64,000 nt of DNA from contig OZ234493.1 of the NCBI GenBank assembly GCA_965153455.1, forward strand, positions 18,838,213 to 18,902,212. The letters run 5' to 3'. A model generated the notes under the pieces. The model worked only from the letters and a program-made list of their open reading frames with translations. It was not told the origin of the DNA and did not search any database. The translations under genes were made by a program, and so were the position numbers. The DNA is from Sphagnum compactum (lineage: Eukaryota). Below, one piece after another: positions 40,862 to 53,700 of this stretch; within the stretch, counting starts at the first letter, position 1, and each line of letters starts with the position of its first letter.

Positions 40862-42146
40862 CTGCAAAGAAAATGAAAATGAGTCAACACAATGCTTCAT
40901 ATGTTTCTTGGAAATTATTTGACTATACATGAAATTAAAAAATGCAATATACAAATTATTGTAGTTAGATAAAGGCAATAATTAGTTGAAGAGATTAAGT
41001 TTAACAAGATGACAATAATAGATGAATCGGAGAATACCAAATCTATCTTGTATGCCTAACAAATGAAGATCATTCACGTGTCATAGACTTCAAAGTTTCA
41101 AAACATAGTTCAATGAGTAAATGTTGTTACATAGTAGGTGGAACGCATGCCAAACAATAAAGGTTAATGATAAGAATTGGATTCTTTCGAGTTTGGGTTG
41201 AATAATTGAGCCATCTAGTTCGGTTCACTTGTATTTCATGACATGTCCCCAACAATTGGGCATCTGATGGCTAAGGAATTGGGACACAAACCCAATTAGA
41301 ATGTCAAAGAGCATTTTCATAATTTGTTTTAGGTTGTTGGATTAAGAGTACAAATTGAACTTAACTCATAATCTATAATGAAAGTTCCAATCCTTACAAG
41401 TTCAATATATTCCTAGTTAATGCCAAATTTTGACAAATTTCCCTTTCACCAATTCTACTTGTGATAGCAAATGAGTTGCCGACCTAATGTAAGAGGTTAT
41501 AATGATCCCTCCATTTGGTATTGTTTTAAACATCATTTCATATTGTTTTTATCTAAACAACAAGACTGGAAAGTAAGCAAAGTAAAAATGTATGACAAGG
41601 AAAGCGTGTAAATGATTGAGGACATTCAGGTGCCCTAGTGGCTAATGGGTTGGTTGCAAAGCTATTGGTTGGGAGTTCAAATCTGAACTAGACCTCCTTC
41701 TCCTGGTGCTTTGTGAGGACAATAAGCTATCATGGTTGTAAGGGTCAAGGAAAATTGTCAACACCTGAACAAAATCGAAAAAAACAAAGAAAAATCAAAC
41801 TTCAACATGTAACTTGGGAAAGCCCAAGAAAAAACTGTGCAAAGAAAGCTCATCATAAGGTCAAGAAGAAGCACCACATTGCTGTGCCATCCAGAGCTCA
41901 ATGGAGCATTTTCAGTGGGGACCAAAGGTGTCTCAATCGTAGCAGGTATGTGCACAACATCTCTCTTTCTATTTGGTGTCCCTTGTGAAAGATCAACTCC
42001 TTTTCTCTTGAGGCCATATGAATTTTCCATATTTCACACGACTGAAATTCCTATTGCTCACTGCTCTCATAAATATTTTTCTCTTGACCTTTTGGTCTCA
42101 TAAAATCTGCTACAAATCCTTTGCCATCCCAATAGCATACACAGGG

Positions 42147-44341
42147 TATGATGGCTGTCCCTCACATCACAGATTCCCGCAAGCTAAGCTGATCTTTCCA
42201 CTAGATCTCCCCAAAAAAATCAACCCCTTCCGTCTTCACGATCTCCCTGGAGTTCTCACACTTCTTCTCTCACTCCTTTTCGACCTTTCTTGCAGATGTT
42301 TCTTCTTCTTCATTTTCTCCTCGCCCAGAAACTTCTAGAAGGGTTTTGCCGTGACTCTTCAGACTGTAGCATACGCGCTTTACCGATTTCTTCTTGGCCA
42401 CTGAACAATTCATTACTTTCTTTTCTGGAACACCTGTCTCTATTTTCTACTCATAATTGAGGATGGAACATGCAATGTCAGCTTTAGACTCGTCAAACGC
42501 GCTTTACTTTTTCCCTCTGGCCTCTTCCATTATTATCATCATGACTTTTGTTCACATCCACACACTGACCTTTCTTTTACCGAAAAACTAAAGCGGAAAA
42601 AAAGCTAAGTCATAAATCTAAAAAGTGCTAAAATCGAATGCTTTTTGAGATTCTGAATAGCCAAAATTCATCCAAATTGAAAGAAAAACCGTCAGATTTC
42701 CTTACATGGTTTTCAAGTAGGTAGCCAAAAGTAAGAGAAATATGTTTCAAATTTTCTAATGCCATATTTAGCTCATAGCTCAATCCGACTAATCTTCCTA
42801 CCGATGATAGGCACTTGGGCTATATCTCAAAACTGACCCAAAAAATTATTCATCCACACGTTTCCTACTGTTGGCTGATTTCACCCAGTGCATTATTGAA
42901 GCGCTCTGCCAGAGCTCATGTTGCAGGCAATGCATGATTAATTGAGCCTTGGGCGGACCGGCCAAGATGAATTGACCCCCAAATTGGGATCACTGTAAAA
43001 ACCCCCCGAAACCCATTTAATTGTCCGTATTAGGCCCCAAAATTTATAGATTTGGACTTTGGGACCCTGACTTAGTCTAGGGAAATGATATCTAGAAACA
43101 TTTAGACTATTTACGAGCAATTTAAATGAGGTTTGTGGCTTTTACCATGATCCCAATGTGGGGGTCAATTTGCCTTGGTTGGATGAACCTGGCCTACACT
43201 AGAACAACTGTGACAATCCCAAAGTTTTTGGGGGCAGCTTCAAAACATTATGATGGGTGTCCGTCACATCACAGATTCCCGCAAGCTGATCTTTACACTA
43301 GATCTCTCCAAAAAACATCAACCCCTTTCCTCTTCACGATCTCCCTGAAATTCTCACACTCTTCTCACTCCTTTTCGTTCAGATGTTTCTTCTTCCTCAT
43401 TTTCTTCTCGCCCAGAAACTTCTAGAAGGGTTTTTGCAGAAACTTCTAGAAGGGTTTTTGCGTGACTCTTCAGACTGTAGCATACGCGTTTTACCGATTT
43501 CTTGGTCACTGAACAATTCATTACTTTCTTTTGTGGAACACATGTCTCTATTCTCCACTCATAATTGAGGATGGAATATGCAACGTCACCTTGAGACTTG
43601 TTCAACACGCTTTACTTTTTCCCTCTGGCCTTCTCCATTATTATCATAATGACTTTTGTTCACATCCACACACCGAACTTTCTTATACCAAAAAACTATA
43701 GCCAAAAAAAGCTAAATTATAAATTTTAAAAGTGCTAAAATCAAATGCTTTTAGAGATTCTCAATATACAAAATTCAACCAAATTCAAAGAAAAATCGTC
43801 AGATTTCCAGACATGGTTTTCAAGTAGGTAGCCAAAAAAAGAGAAAGATGTTTAATTTTTTCTAATGGCATATTTAGCTCATATCCAAATCTGACTAAGT
43901 CTTCCTACCTATGATAGCGGGCTATATCTCAAAACTGACCCAAAAAGTTATGCATCCACACGTTTCCTGCTGTTGGCTGATTTCACCCAGTGCATTATTG
44001 AGGCGCTCTGCCAGAGCTCATGTTGCAGGCAATGCATGATTAGTTGGGCCTTGGGCGGACCGGCCAGGATGAATTGACCTCCACATTGGGATCACTTAAA
44101 AAACCCCCAAAACCCATTTAAATGGCCGTGTTAGGCCCCAAAATTTATAGATTTGAACTTTGGGACCCTGATTTAGTCCACGGAAATGATATCTAGAAAT
44201 ATTTAGACTATTTACGAGCAATTTAAGTGAGCTTTGTGGCTTTTACCATGATCCCAATGTGGCCTTGGTTGCATGAACCTGGCCTACACTAGAACCACCG
44301 CAATAATCCCAAAGTTTTTGGGGGCAGCTTCAAAACATTAT
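42147..44341. repeat. Tandem duplication of a ~1.1 kb segment (42147-43250 and 43249-44341) upstream of the NLR
   Basis: Both units start TATGATGGxTGTCCxTCACATCACAGATTCCCGCAAGCT, end GGGGGCAGCTTCAAAACATTAT and are colinear throughout. Confidence 0.95.
42945..43200. mobile_element. MITE-like element inside the duplicated unit (second copy ~44045-44290)
   Basis: Inverted arms CCAAGATGAATTGACCCCCAAATTGGGATCACTGTAAAA / TTTTACCATGATCCCAATGTGGGGGTCAATTTGCCTTGG. Confidence 0.7.
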
Positions 44342-44361
44342 AGATACATGTAGCGTCCTTA

Positions 44362-44650
44362 GAGCATCTCCACCCCACACCTGCAAACACCCATATTCAT
44401 TAAATCTTGGAGGGGGGTAGTGTAACTCATGGTCCTCTCCACTATTTATGCCGATTTGCAGTGGTCATTTTAACCCCTTTAAAAGCTAGCATGGAACGGT
44501 GACTATTATTGGTGCAGATGTAAAGACATAAATGGTCTTTGAATGTTTAAAGGGACTTTTATGACGTTTGTGGGTGGGGATAGTGATCATTAAACACTAT
44601 TCTATTTTAACATAAAGCAGTTTTTTGCAGTTTTTGGGGTGGAGATGATC
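44362..44650. mobile_element. Tourist-like MITE
   Basis: TIR GAGCATCTCCACCCCA / TGGGGTGGAGATGATC with TTA TSD (44359-61, 44651-53). Confidence 0.85.
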
Positions 44651-45767
44651 TTAGACAAAATCAGGGTCTCTAAATCGACAAAGACAGCCTCTACGAGGCC
44701 TCACTCAAGAAGCTGAGTGTACCAGTGTAGGTGCTGCTTCGCCCTGGCCAGTGGCTATGATTGGAGCAGCCTGGCTGGAGAAGGAAAAATTACACGGACG
44801 GTCATAGCACATAAATCCAGAGTGGAAAAACAAAAGAAATTCTGTACAGAGGAGTGATTTTTCTTGGTGAATTTTGGCACTGTGGCTACAAAGAAAATTT
44901 GAAGAAATTGGGTAAATTCGTTTTAATAGTGTGAATTTGAGAAGAAAATGCAAATAAAATGGAAAAAATCGACAAAGTTTACAAACCACAAAATTGAAAA
45001 AAGAAGGAAAGGAAAAAAAACACTGGTACAGAGGTATATATGTGTGCAGCCTAAATAAAATATGGAAAAACATGTTGTGAAACTAAGGCGACTTTAGACG
45101 AAGGTCCAAGGTCCAGGGACCAATGAATTCAAGCAATCTTATTGGTCGAAAGCTTTAAATTGGTCCTAATGCCTTTAGAGGAGGGTCCAAGACCAAAAAG
45201 TGGCAAATTGACGCTAATATGGCACCTGTTTTAGAGGGAAAATCAATTGGTTCAGACCAAAAGACAGTGCTAAAAGGAGAGCTCCTGATTTGGAGAACCA
45301 AGAATCATGCCAGGGACCCAGGTACACTCCAACTCAAGGATTCAATTTGCTTCACATGAGTCCAAATTGGTTCCTAGGAAATTGGACCCCTGGACCCTCG
45401 TCTAAAGTGGGCCTAATGGTGTTTTACTGCAAGACACTTTTGACTCCTAATGTGCAGAACCACAGTCAGCACGATTGACATCTGGTGCGAAGTGCAAAGA
45501 TGTTGGATCCCAGATCTAAGGCCTTAGCCTAGTGAAAGCCAGTAAGTTTTTGCTCATTTTTGGTTTTCTGACTTGCTTCGTGTTATGGTGCGCACAACCA
45601 AGTCTGTTGTTTGTGAAGGAATTGGGGAAACCTGTAATTAATGGCCAGGCCGAACCTGCAGCTACATTAATACATTCACCTTCTTGAATGAGCCCTTTCC
45701 CCCTAATAACTCCAAGACGCATCAAAGAAATGTTAAATTTGAACTCAGAGACCCTGATTTAGTCTAA
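44651..45767. mobile_element. TIR-bounded non-coding element containing nested insertions
   Basis: TTAGACAAAATCAGGGTCTCT / AGAGACCCTGATTTAGTCTAA inverted repeat (20/21). Confidence 0.55.
45087..45413. mobile_element. PIF/Harbinger-type MITE
   Basis: TIR GGCGACTTTAGACGAAGGTCCA / TGGACCCTCGTCTAAAGTGGGCC with TAA TSD on both sides. Confidence 0.85.
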
Positions 45768-45892
45768 GACCCGCTTTACTCTAGGAGTCCGGGCTGAAAA
45801 AACTTGGGGCCAACTTTGAGCATTTTTGGCGTTTTGTCTGGCCCCAAGTTACTAATAAATGCTACAACATTGGCCAAAGGGTTGCAAATTGA

Positions 45893-47416
45893 CATCGTGA
45901 CAATAATCAAAGGGGCAAACATCCTGGTTGATAACAAGGGATATATCAAGCTTGCAGACTTTGGTGCATCCAAAAAGGTGGTTCAACTTGCAACCATTTC
46001 TGAAGCCAAGTACATGAAAGGCACCCCTTACTGGATGGCTCCGGAGGTCATTCGTCAGACGGTTCATAACTGGCAAGCTGATATGTGGAGTGTTGGCTGC
46101 ACTGTGATTGAAATGGCGACTGGTAAACCTCCCTGGAGCCAGCAGTTCCAAGAGGTAGCTGCATTGTTCCACATTGCAACTACAAATCACACCCTCTCAT
46201 CCCTAAGCATCTTTCTCATCAAGGCAAGGATTTTCTCCTCAAGTGTCTCCAGAGGGAGCCCACACTAAGCCTTAGTGCAACTGAGCTTCTGAAGCATCCC
46301 TTTGTTTTCACCTATGAGAATCAAGGAGGATTAGATGATTCTGAGGACATACAACAACAAGCCGCAGCTGATGGTCATTTGCAGCAGCAGCAGGCAAATA
46401 GGGGAAACAAAGAATTGCGATCTGTGAAAGGTATATGGAGACAGGTTGGCCAGGACAGCTGGAAGCCAACTGGGGTGCTTGGGATGGGTTCATCCTTTTC
46501 TTTCAGAGGCTCCCCATACTCGGTGAAGAATTCTGATAACATCAACTGGGCTTCCAGAAGGGTTGGGAATTCAGACATGGACGACCTTAATTGTTTTGTG
46601 AGGTTGGACTCTGTAAGGTTTGATTCTATCCAACATGATACTTGGAATGAAAGCTAGAACCCGGTGTCAGAGCCCTCATTTGTGGATGGCAACCACTGGA
46701 GGCTTCATCTGACAGCGAATGGGGGGTTCTCTGTAGGACGACCTGTTGCTAATGGAGATCTTGCAAGCATGGGGACCCCAGAATGTGAGCATAGTCTCGG
46801 GGAGAGGGGATGGTCTCTGCAGCAGCAGGAGGAAGATGAAGTGACAGCATCCAAGATTCGTGCCTTCTTGGATGAGAAGGCTTTGGAGCTCAAAAGGCTC
46901 CGGACACCACTCTATGAGGAACTTTATGAGACCTCAATGAGGAGCTCAGAAATTCCTGCTTCAACTGGGCCTCCCGAGAGCTTTATTGCACCTTCGAACC
47001 CTGCTATTGCGAAACAACAAACGCACAGCCCCAGCAAATCACCGGGCGGTCTCAGTGGAAGGTCAATCGGAATGAGAAGCAGCCAAGAGAGTGAGACGAG
47101 CGCGAGTTCTGGGAGCTCCAGTGGAACTGGAGCACCTTCTCCCAGTGTCAATTGTTCCCCTCTTTTGGAAATTCCGTCAGCAAGGTTGAATGAATGGAAC
47201 GGTCTTATTAATGACGCACAGCAACCGCTACCAAGCCCTCGTCTGAGTTCTAGTGAGCGTCAAAGGCTCTGGAGAGAGGAGCTTGAGCAGGAGCTTAGAA
47301 TGAAGCGAGAGGAGAAACGGAAACAATTGGCTAAACAGGGCTCTCCAATGTCTCCACCCAACTCAAAGGGGCTTCAACGACCTGCCAGTCGTCTGGCTAC
47401 TGCTTCCCAAATTTAG
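45893..47416 (+). pseudogene. NPK1: NPK1/ANP-type MAPKKK pseudogene, intronless and 5'-truncated
   Basis: HRD[+4 nt][44 protein letters not shown]. 1-nt deletion at ~46185 before SHPLIP...LLKHPFV; TAG at 46655-46657. C-terminal KIRAFLDEKALELKRLRTPLYEE and SERQRLWREELEQEL are typical of NPK1/ANP. The kinase N-lobe is absent. Confidence 0.9.
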
Positions 47417-49336
47417 CAGCTTCATCTCATCTGAGGATTAGACCGGATACTATATTGTGTAGTCTTCCCCCCATTCTAGTCCATGGTGATGGGCTGCCCC
47501 TGGTTATGTACTTCCCTTCTGCAGGGTGCAAGGTCCTTCTCTCCCTCTCTGTCTGTTCTGTTTCTTTCTCTGTGGCTTTTTATATTTGTGATCTCCTGTA
47601 TAGCCTGCTTAGACTCTCATTTGGTAAGCAAGATCAGTTACCAACTCCAACCTGACAGTGGGTCACCTTTGCACCCATCTTTGGCTCTTTTATCCTGTAT
47701 CTTTTAGTTAATAAAATTAGGGTGTTTGTGCACTTGTGAACGAGACAGATTATAGTTGTGGAAGGTTTTCATTATTGGTGGTTTGATTTTTGGCATATTA
47801 CTATAGTCTGCTGAAAGTTTTCTGAAGGTTGGCATTCCTGCACAGATTGTGAAGTTATTATTGTCTTTCCTTTCTGCTGTCTATCTCCTATTACACAGGT
47901 ATTGATAATTGGAGCGTTCCTCATGCTCTGTGTTCATGTCATCCCTTGAAAAAACATAGGTTAAGCACAGATAACAGGGGCTGTTGACAATAATTCGTTT
48001 GCCCAAAATGAAGTAGTTTCAGTACAGGTGGCAGGAGGTCCTGAAACAATCATGCATTTGTGGGTGTTTTAGCTCCACCAGGTGTTATACATCTCCGGGA
48101 ACTCTAGCAATAGGAAACTCATCTGCAAGTTGAGAAAATTGTGTCTCTTTCAGGGGTTTGGGGCCAGGCATGGATCCAGGTACTCTGAGTGAAGGAATGA
48201 ATTTTTTGCTGGACATCAATTTAGAGCCTCAGGGGACTTTAATCGTTGATCAGCTGTCATCACACATGATTGGCCGGTGGAATGGTGATTGAGATCATCT
48301 TTCTGATGGATGGGGTTTCTGCTCTCTTCACTCCTGCCATTGTTGCGCTAATGTTCTTGCCGTGTTGGTGTATGACACAAGCAAGTAAACCTATGGCTAG
48401 CATGCATGCATGTGCTTCAGGATACAGGTTCTTCACCTTCATTTTTAGTTTATCCATTGTGGTTACTCTTCCTTTTAAGATTGGAAGTCGGGATACGTTG
48501 GCCACTTGGGTGTAATCACAAGAATTGGAGGATGGATTTTCAGAGTTACTGGGGTTGCCAACACTAGCCTTTGGGGAATGTGGAGTTATTTTTTTATTAT
48601 TTTCATTATAACTTTTGACAAAGGGCAAGGCTCCTTATTCTGGGTATTGTGATTGCAAACTCCCTATATTCAAGCTATGTATCCTAGTGTACAAGGAACT
48701 TACAACCAATGTTAACATGTTTTAAAAGCTAGGTAGGATCATGTGCAAGTGGAAAGTGCCAAATGAGTTGAATTTTATGGAGGAGATTTCGTAATTTTAA
48801 ACCTTAGATGCAAGAGATATTGAATTTTGAATAATCTTTGTCACTAAAAAGTCAGCTAAGTTATAGAAAATAAATTCAACCAAATTACAAAAAACTATAG
48901 GATTCAACCAAATTATAAAAGGTTATAATGTAATTTTTAAAAAAGTTCGAATTGAAAATTTGAAACAAATCAGAATGTATTTTGATCATGATTGTAATTT
49001 GGAATATGGTTGGGTAATTTGAATGCAAAGTAAATAGGTTTATGATAATTGGGCCAATAAGCTTTTAAGCATTTTACAATTGGTTCATTACATTGAACAT
49101 AAGTTCAAATGTGATCAGGAAGGGAGTTGTTATTTGTGGTATCAATGTGATTTTGTAATTTAAAAGTAAAATGTGTGAGGTCTTGTGATTACGAATCAAG
49201 TGTTAGTACCATAAACTTTAATTTATCCACATTAAAATTTATTGTAATAAATATTAGACAAGAACTTGGTGGTTTGGATAATACATTATTTAAAAGTTTC
49301 ATGAACTTTTTAAAATGAGTAAAATGAAATTGATAT

Positions 49337-50430
49337 CACTACACTAATATGTGTCCAAGTTCACTATGTGTTTCACTAGATTTTGAATAAAATTGAATAA
49401 ATTTATCATGGTAAAAGTGACCAACCCATCAGTAAATGAAGATCAATTGCTATGTGTAAGTGAATTCATTAATCATTAATCAAATTCATTTATAGTTAAT
49501 CGAATTCACCAATAATGAATCAAATTTACTAATAGTTGAATCATTAATAATAAATTCACTAATAGTCAATTAGGAACCTAAATTATACACCTAAGAACTT
49601 TTATTAAACTACCTAAACTAAACTAAGAACCTAGCTCATAAACACTTAACCCACCAACCTAAGGTACAAGTGTGAAGGTTTGAGCCTTCCATCTTTAAAA
49701 CTTAAACCCATTAAACATTAACCCATTAAACCACTATTTAAATGAATGATATTCTTTTGTCATCACATATTATTATGTACATTTTTTTTAACCCTAGGTT
49801 ATTTTAGGTTTTTGTACCATAAGTTGTTTTTGTTGATTATAAATTATTCTCTTGTAGGTTATTATTGACTATTCTAAGCTATTTATCATAGGCTATTGTT
49901 GGTTATTCTATCATAGGTTATTTTAACAATTATACCATAGGTTATTATTGATTATTATATCATAGGCTCCTTTTGGTTATTCTATTATAAGCTAGTTTTT
50001 GTTATTTTAAGTTATTGTATTGTAAGTTATTGTAGGTTATTTTATCGTAGGCTATTATTAGTTATTATGAATGACCTTGAATAACTTAAGGTATAATAAT
50101 TTATAATAACCTATACTAGCTTATAATAAATTAAGGTATAACTTAGAATAACCTAGGTTAGCTTAAAATAACACAACGTATAACCTAAAGTAACTTACGA
50201 TATTGAAAACAACAACATAAAAATAAATATATTTAATTATTATTTTGAATTATTTCAATTAGTAGTGAATTATGTCAAATAATCATGAAACATGAGGTTA
50301 ACAAAATGACCTTATAATGAAATAACTTTAAGCAAGGTGAAATCGTTAAGGTGGGGTGAATTTATTTCACTTTTGAAGTCCCATAATGATTTAGGCTAAT
50401 GAATTGCACCCCACTTTTATACATTTAGGA
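49337..50430 (-). mobile_element. Shorter, more decayed copy of the CACTA family, reverse orientation
   Basis: 49337-49400 is the reverse complement of the family right arm; 50330-50420 is the reverse complement of the left arm (AAAAGTGGGGTGCAATT...TATGGGACTT); same internal AT fold-back. Confidence 0.7.
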
Positions 50431-50759
50431 CATGGATTTATTTTGTGTATTTTGATTGAAAGTAACATCAATAATTTCAAATCCATTGCATGTTGTAACT
50501 TCATATGAATTTAATGGTATATGATGTTCAATATCTCCATGCCTAAACATTTCCATGCCCATCAAAAGCCACAAGGTAATCATATTTAATTTTATTAATG
50601 TAATGGTGGAATTTGTGAACATAATATAGGGGATGCTTGAAGATTATGGTTAACTTTTATATTAATATTATTTTTTTACAGAGAGTTTATGTTGAGGCTT
50701 TGGATAATCAAATGTCAAATGCGTAGTGACTTTGAACAACTTTGGAATTAAAAGTTCCC

Positions 50760-53700
50760 ATTTACCATTTGACCTCAACTTAGACATTTCTTCAACAACA
50801 CAAACATCTACATGCAAATTTGTGTGATGTAAAAGGCCAAGTACATATAATCTTTTTTTGGTTTAAACATATGAAAGAATAATGTCAATAAGGCCATGTT
50901 GTGTAACATGAGTAAATTCAAATGCCATTTCATTTAATGCCAAACCTTGATGTTTATGGATTGTTTTTGCAACAAGTTCAATGGGAAATTATGTCCTTAT
51001 GACCAAACGGTTTTGAGTTTTTCCAACTTGTATTTGTTTGACAATTGGCTTTATTGGAGTTCAATTTTTTTCAATATCTATATCATCATATAAGAACATG
51101 TTTTTATGATGAGTCGATTGTCCTATAATTATATTTGAGGACTTTGTCTAAATATACTTTTACCATTAAATGATGATGTGGTTTAAAATAATCCATCGGC
51201 TCCATTAACAAACCCATCATATGTCATATAATCACCCACACATAGTTTTACTAACATGTTTGTTTTAGCACAATTTCGTATGCAACCTTACAATCTTGTT
51301 TGCATCAATTATGTAGTAATGAACGATAATGTATATCAATAGCTTGAAGTGTATGTGGGACCTACCATTTTTAAAAATATTACATAATTGTGATGATTTG
51401 TAGTTTTGTTTATATATAATAAGGTATGGTTGCATAATCAAAAGGGGGCATAAAGATAAAATGTTTATTGTGTCAATATCATGGTTATGTTGAAACGCTA
51501 TTCAAAATCTATTAAGGATTTATATAAATTGACCATCATTTTGTCATGAGACAATGTTTAGTTCATAGCACTTGACATGTTCTTGCCAAAGGTTAGTTGT
51601 TATATTGCATTGAGATTATGTTTTGATTTTTTAAAAACCCAAGTGTCTTGTACTAAAATAACTTGGTAACAAATCTCCAATCAAGATGATGCCAAGGTTT
51701 GCAAAAGGTTTATTGTGAATTTGTTTGATTATTTAAAATGTTTGATCTATAGAATTTAATATTCATGCTCCAACTAGTGAAATTTCATCAATGACCACAA
51801 GGTATTTGTTCATAATGACTTACATTAAATTGTTTAATAATTCAAAAAAATATTTTCCAAGATTTGAAAGAGATTGATTAATTGGTATATGGGTCTTAGC
51901 ATGGTTGGGTGGACCAAAACTCGATAAAAAAAACTTGGCCAAAGTCCAATTTGTAAGCTTTACAATGTGCATAATGTTGACACAAGATGATAATAAGATG
52001 ATGTCTATCCATTTCTAGCAAAAAAATTTCCATATGTGATTTGTGCATTATAGACATTAATGATTTATATAAGTCTACAAAATTTCAATTCAAAACATTT
52101 TTGTTTTTATATGTTATAGACTTTTAAAAATAATGTGTGTTTTTTCAACATTCAAAAGTCCATTGTGTAATACCTTCAATTCATATGATGTAAAACTCTT
52201 TTGCATTATTTTTATTAATACATTTCCACCTTGAAACCAATTTCTTAAACAAGTTTTAAATCCATCATTGAACCAAATTAAAATCCATTAGCTTAATTGC
52301 AGTTGGAGTTACACCCCAATTTTTCAATTTCAAAAGTCCATAGCTCTTGGGATTTTTTGTTTTTTGTATTACAAAAAATTGCACCAATATTTAAATATTA
52401 AAGTCTATTATTTGAAAATGAATCCTTATTAACCAAACCCAACACATGTAATAAGACATAACATTTGTAACCACACCCACTATGGAAAAAATACCCTTGT
52501 GATACGAAAATTGGTCCACCCTACCATGCCAACACCCATATTCAAAGTACAATGTATGGGTAATCCACCTATATTGAAAATAACTTTACTTGTGAAAGTC
52601 ATAACTATTTAGTCTTTAATTTTAAGTGAATCAAAATTTTGTTCTTGATTGTAAATTCTAAATAGACCTTGGACTATCACCTTCAAAGTGAATGTTTTTC
52701 ATGTTCTTGCTATTCCCATAAGAAAAAATTGTAAAAGTTCATGTGGAAAATTTTGCTTGCAATATATGATGTCATCATAAATGGCTCTTTGTTCATCATT
52801 TTGTTGTTGCATTAAGGATTCAAATGATTGTTCATCCATAAATTGATCATGTGAATGAAATGTACAATGTGGGTTATCTTTATAACTGGCCAAAAATGTA
52901 AGAGTGATGTTGGGCCTCACATAGATATTAGTTATTAAATCATATTTTTCGTTATGAGAACAATTTGTCACAATAAGAGATAGAACATTGTTATCAAAAA
53001 TTGATGTATTAACCCATGTATTTTTATCAGTATTTTTTAATTTTGAAATTTGTCCAAAAATCATCTTGATTCAATGAATAATTTAAAATCATTTGAAAAT
53101 TTAAAATGTTACACATTTTTAAATTTCTTTTTGAGTTTTTATGTAGGCTACATACTAAATTTTCATGATTTCCCAATTGCGAATGCTTAGAATGTTAAAA
53201 TGGCAAATAATGCAATAATTGTTTTCTAGACCAATTTTTTGGTTTTTTGAATTTGTTATAATGGACATACTTTATTTTAGTTTTATAGCATAAGTTGAGT
53301 CTTTGGTTTTTTACATTGAATTTTGCTACAAATTCAATAAGACATAAAATTTATAATTCCATGGGTCTTTCTCGATACTTCCACATGTTCAATTAGAAAT
53401 TCGCACATGACATTTATGAATTCTAGATCTAATTCCATTAGTTCAAACTATGGTTTCAATATAAAAGCCCTACCTTGGTAAGGATAAGTGTTTATGAATT
53501 TGAATGTTCATGATCAATGATACAATAGCAAAGATATAATAAACTATTAATTGAGCCAACATTTATTACATGTTAAAGAATGTATTTCCTTATTTCTGAA
53601 TCATGATATGAACAACTATCTTTTTTGTTATGCTTGATTTAAATAATTATAAAATTAAATTCTAAAGTTATGTTTTTTTCTATTTAGTCATGTATGAAAT

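Noticed and set aside
41628-41696. tRNA-like sequence upstream of the NLR
   Set aside because: B-box-like GGAGTTCAAATC is present but no convincing cloverleaf.
45804-46268. 154-aa ORF as an intact small kinase
   Set aside because: Lacks the Gly loop and VAIK lysine, HRD is out of frame, and it frameshifts at ~46185; part of the pseudogene.
48260-48628. 122-aa minus-strand ORF
   Set aside because: No recognisable motif or splice support.
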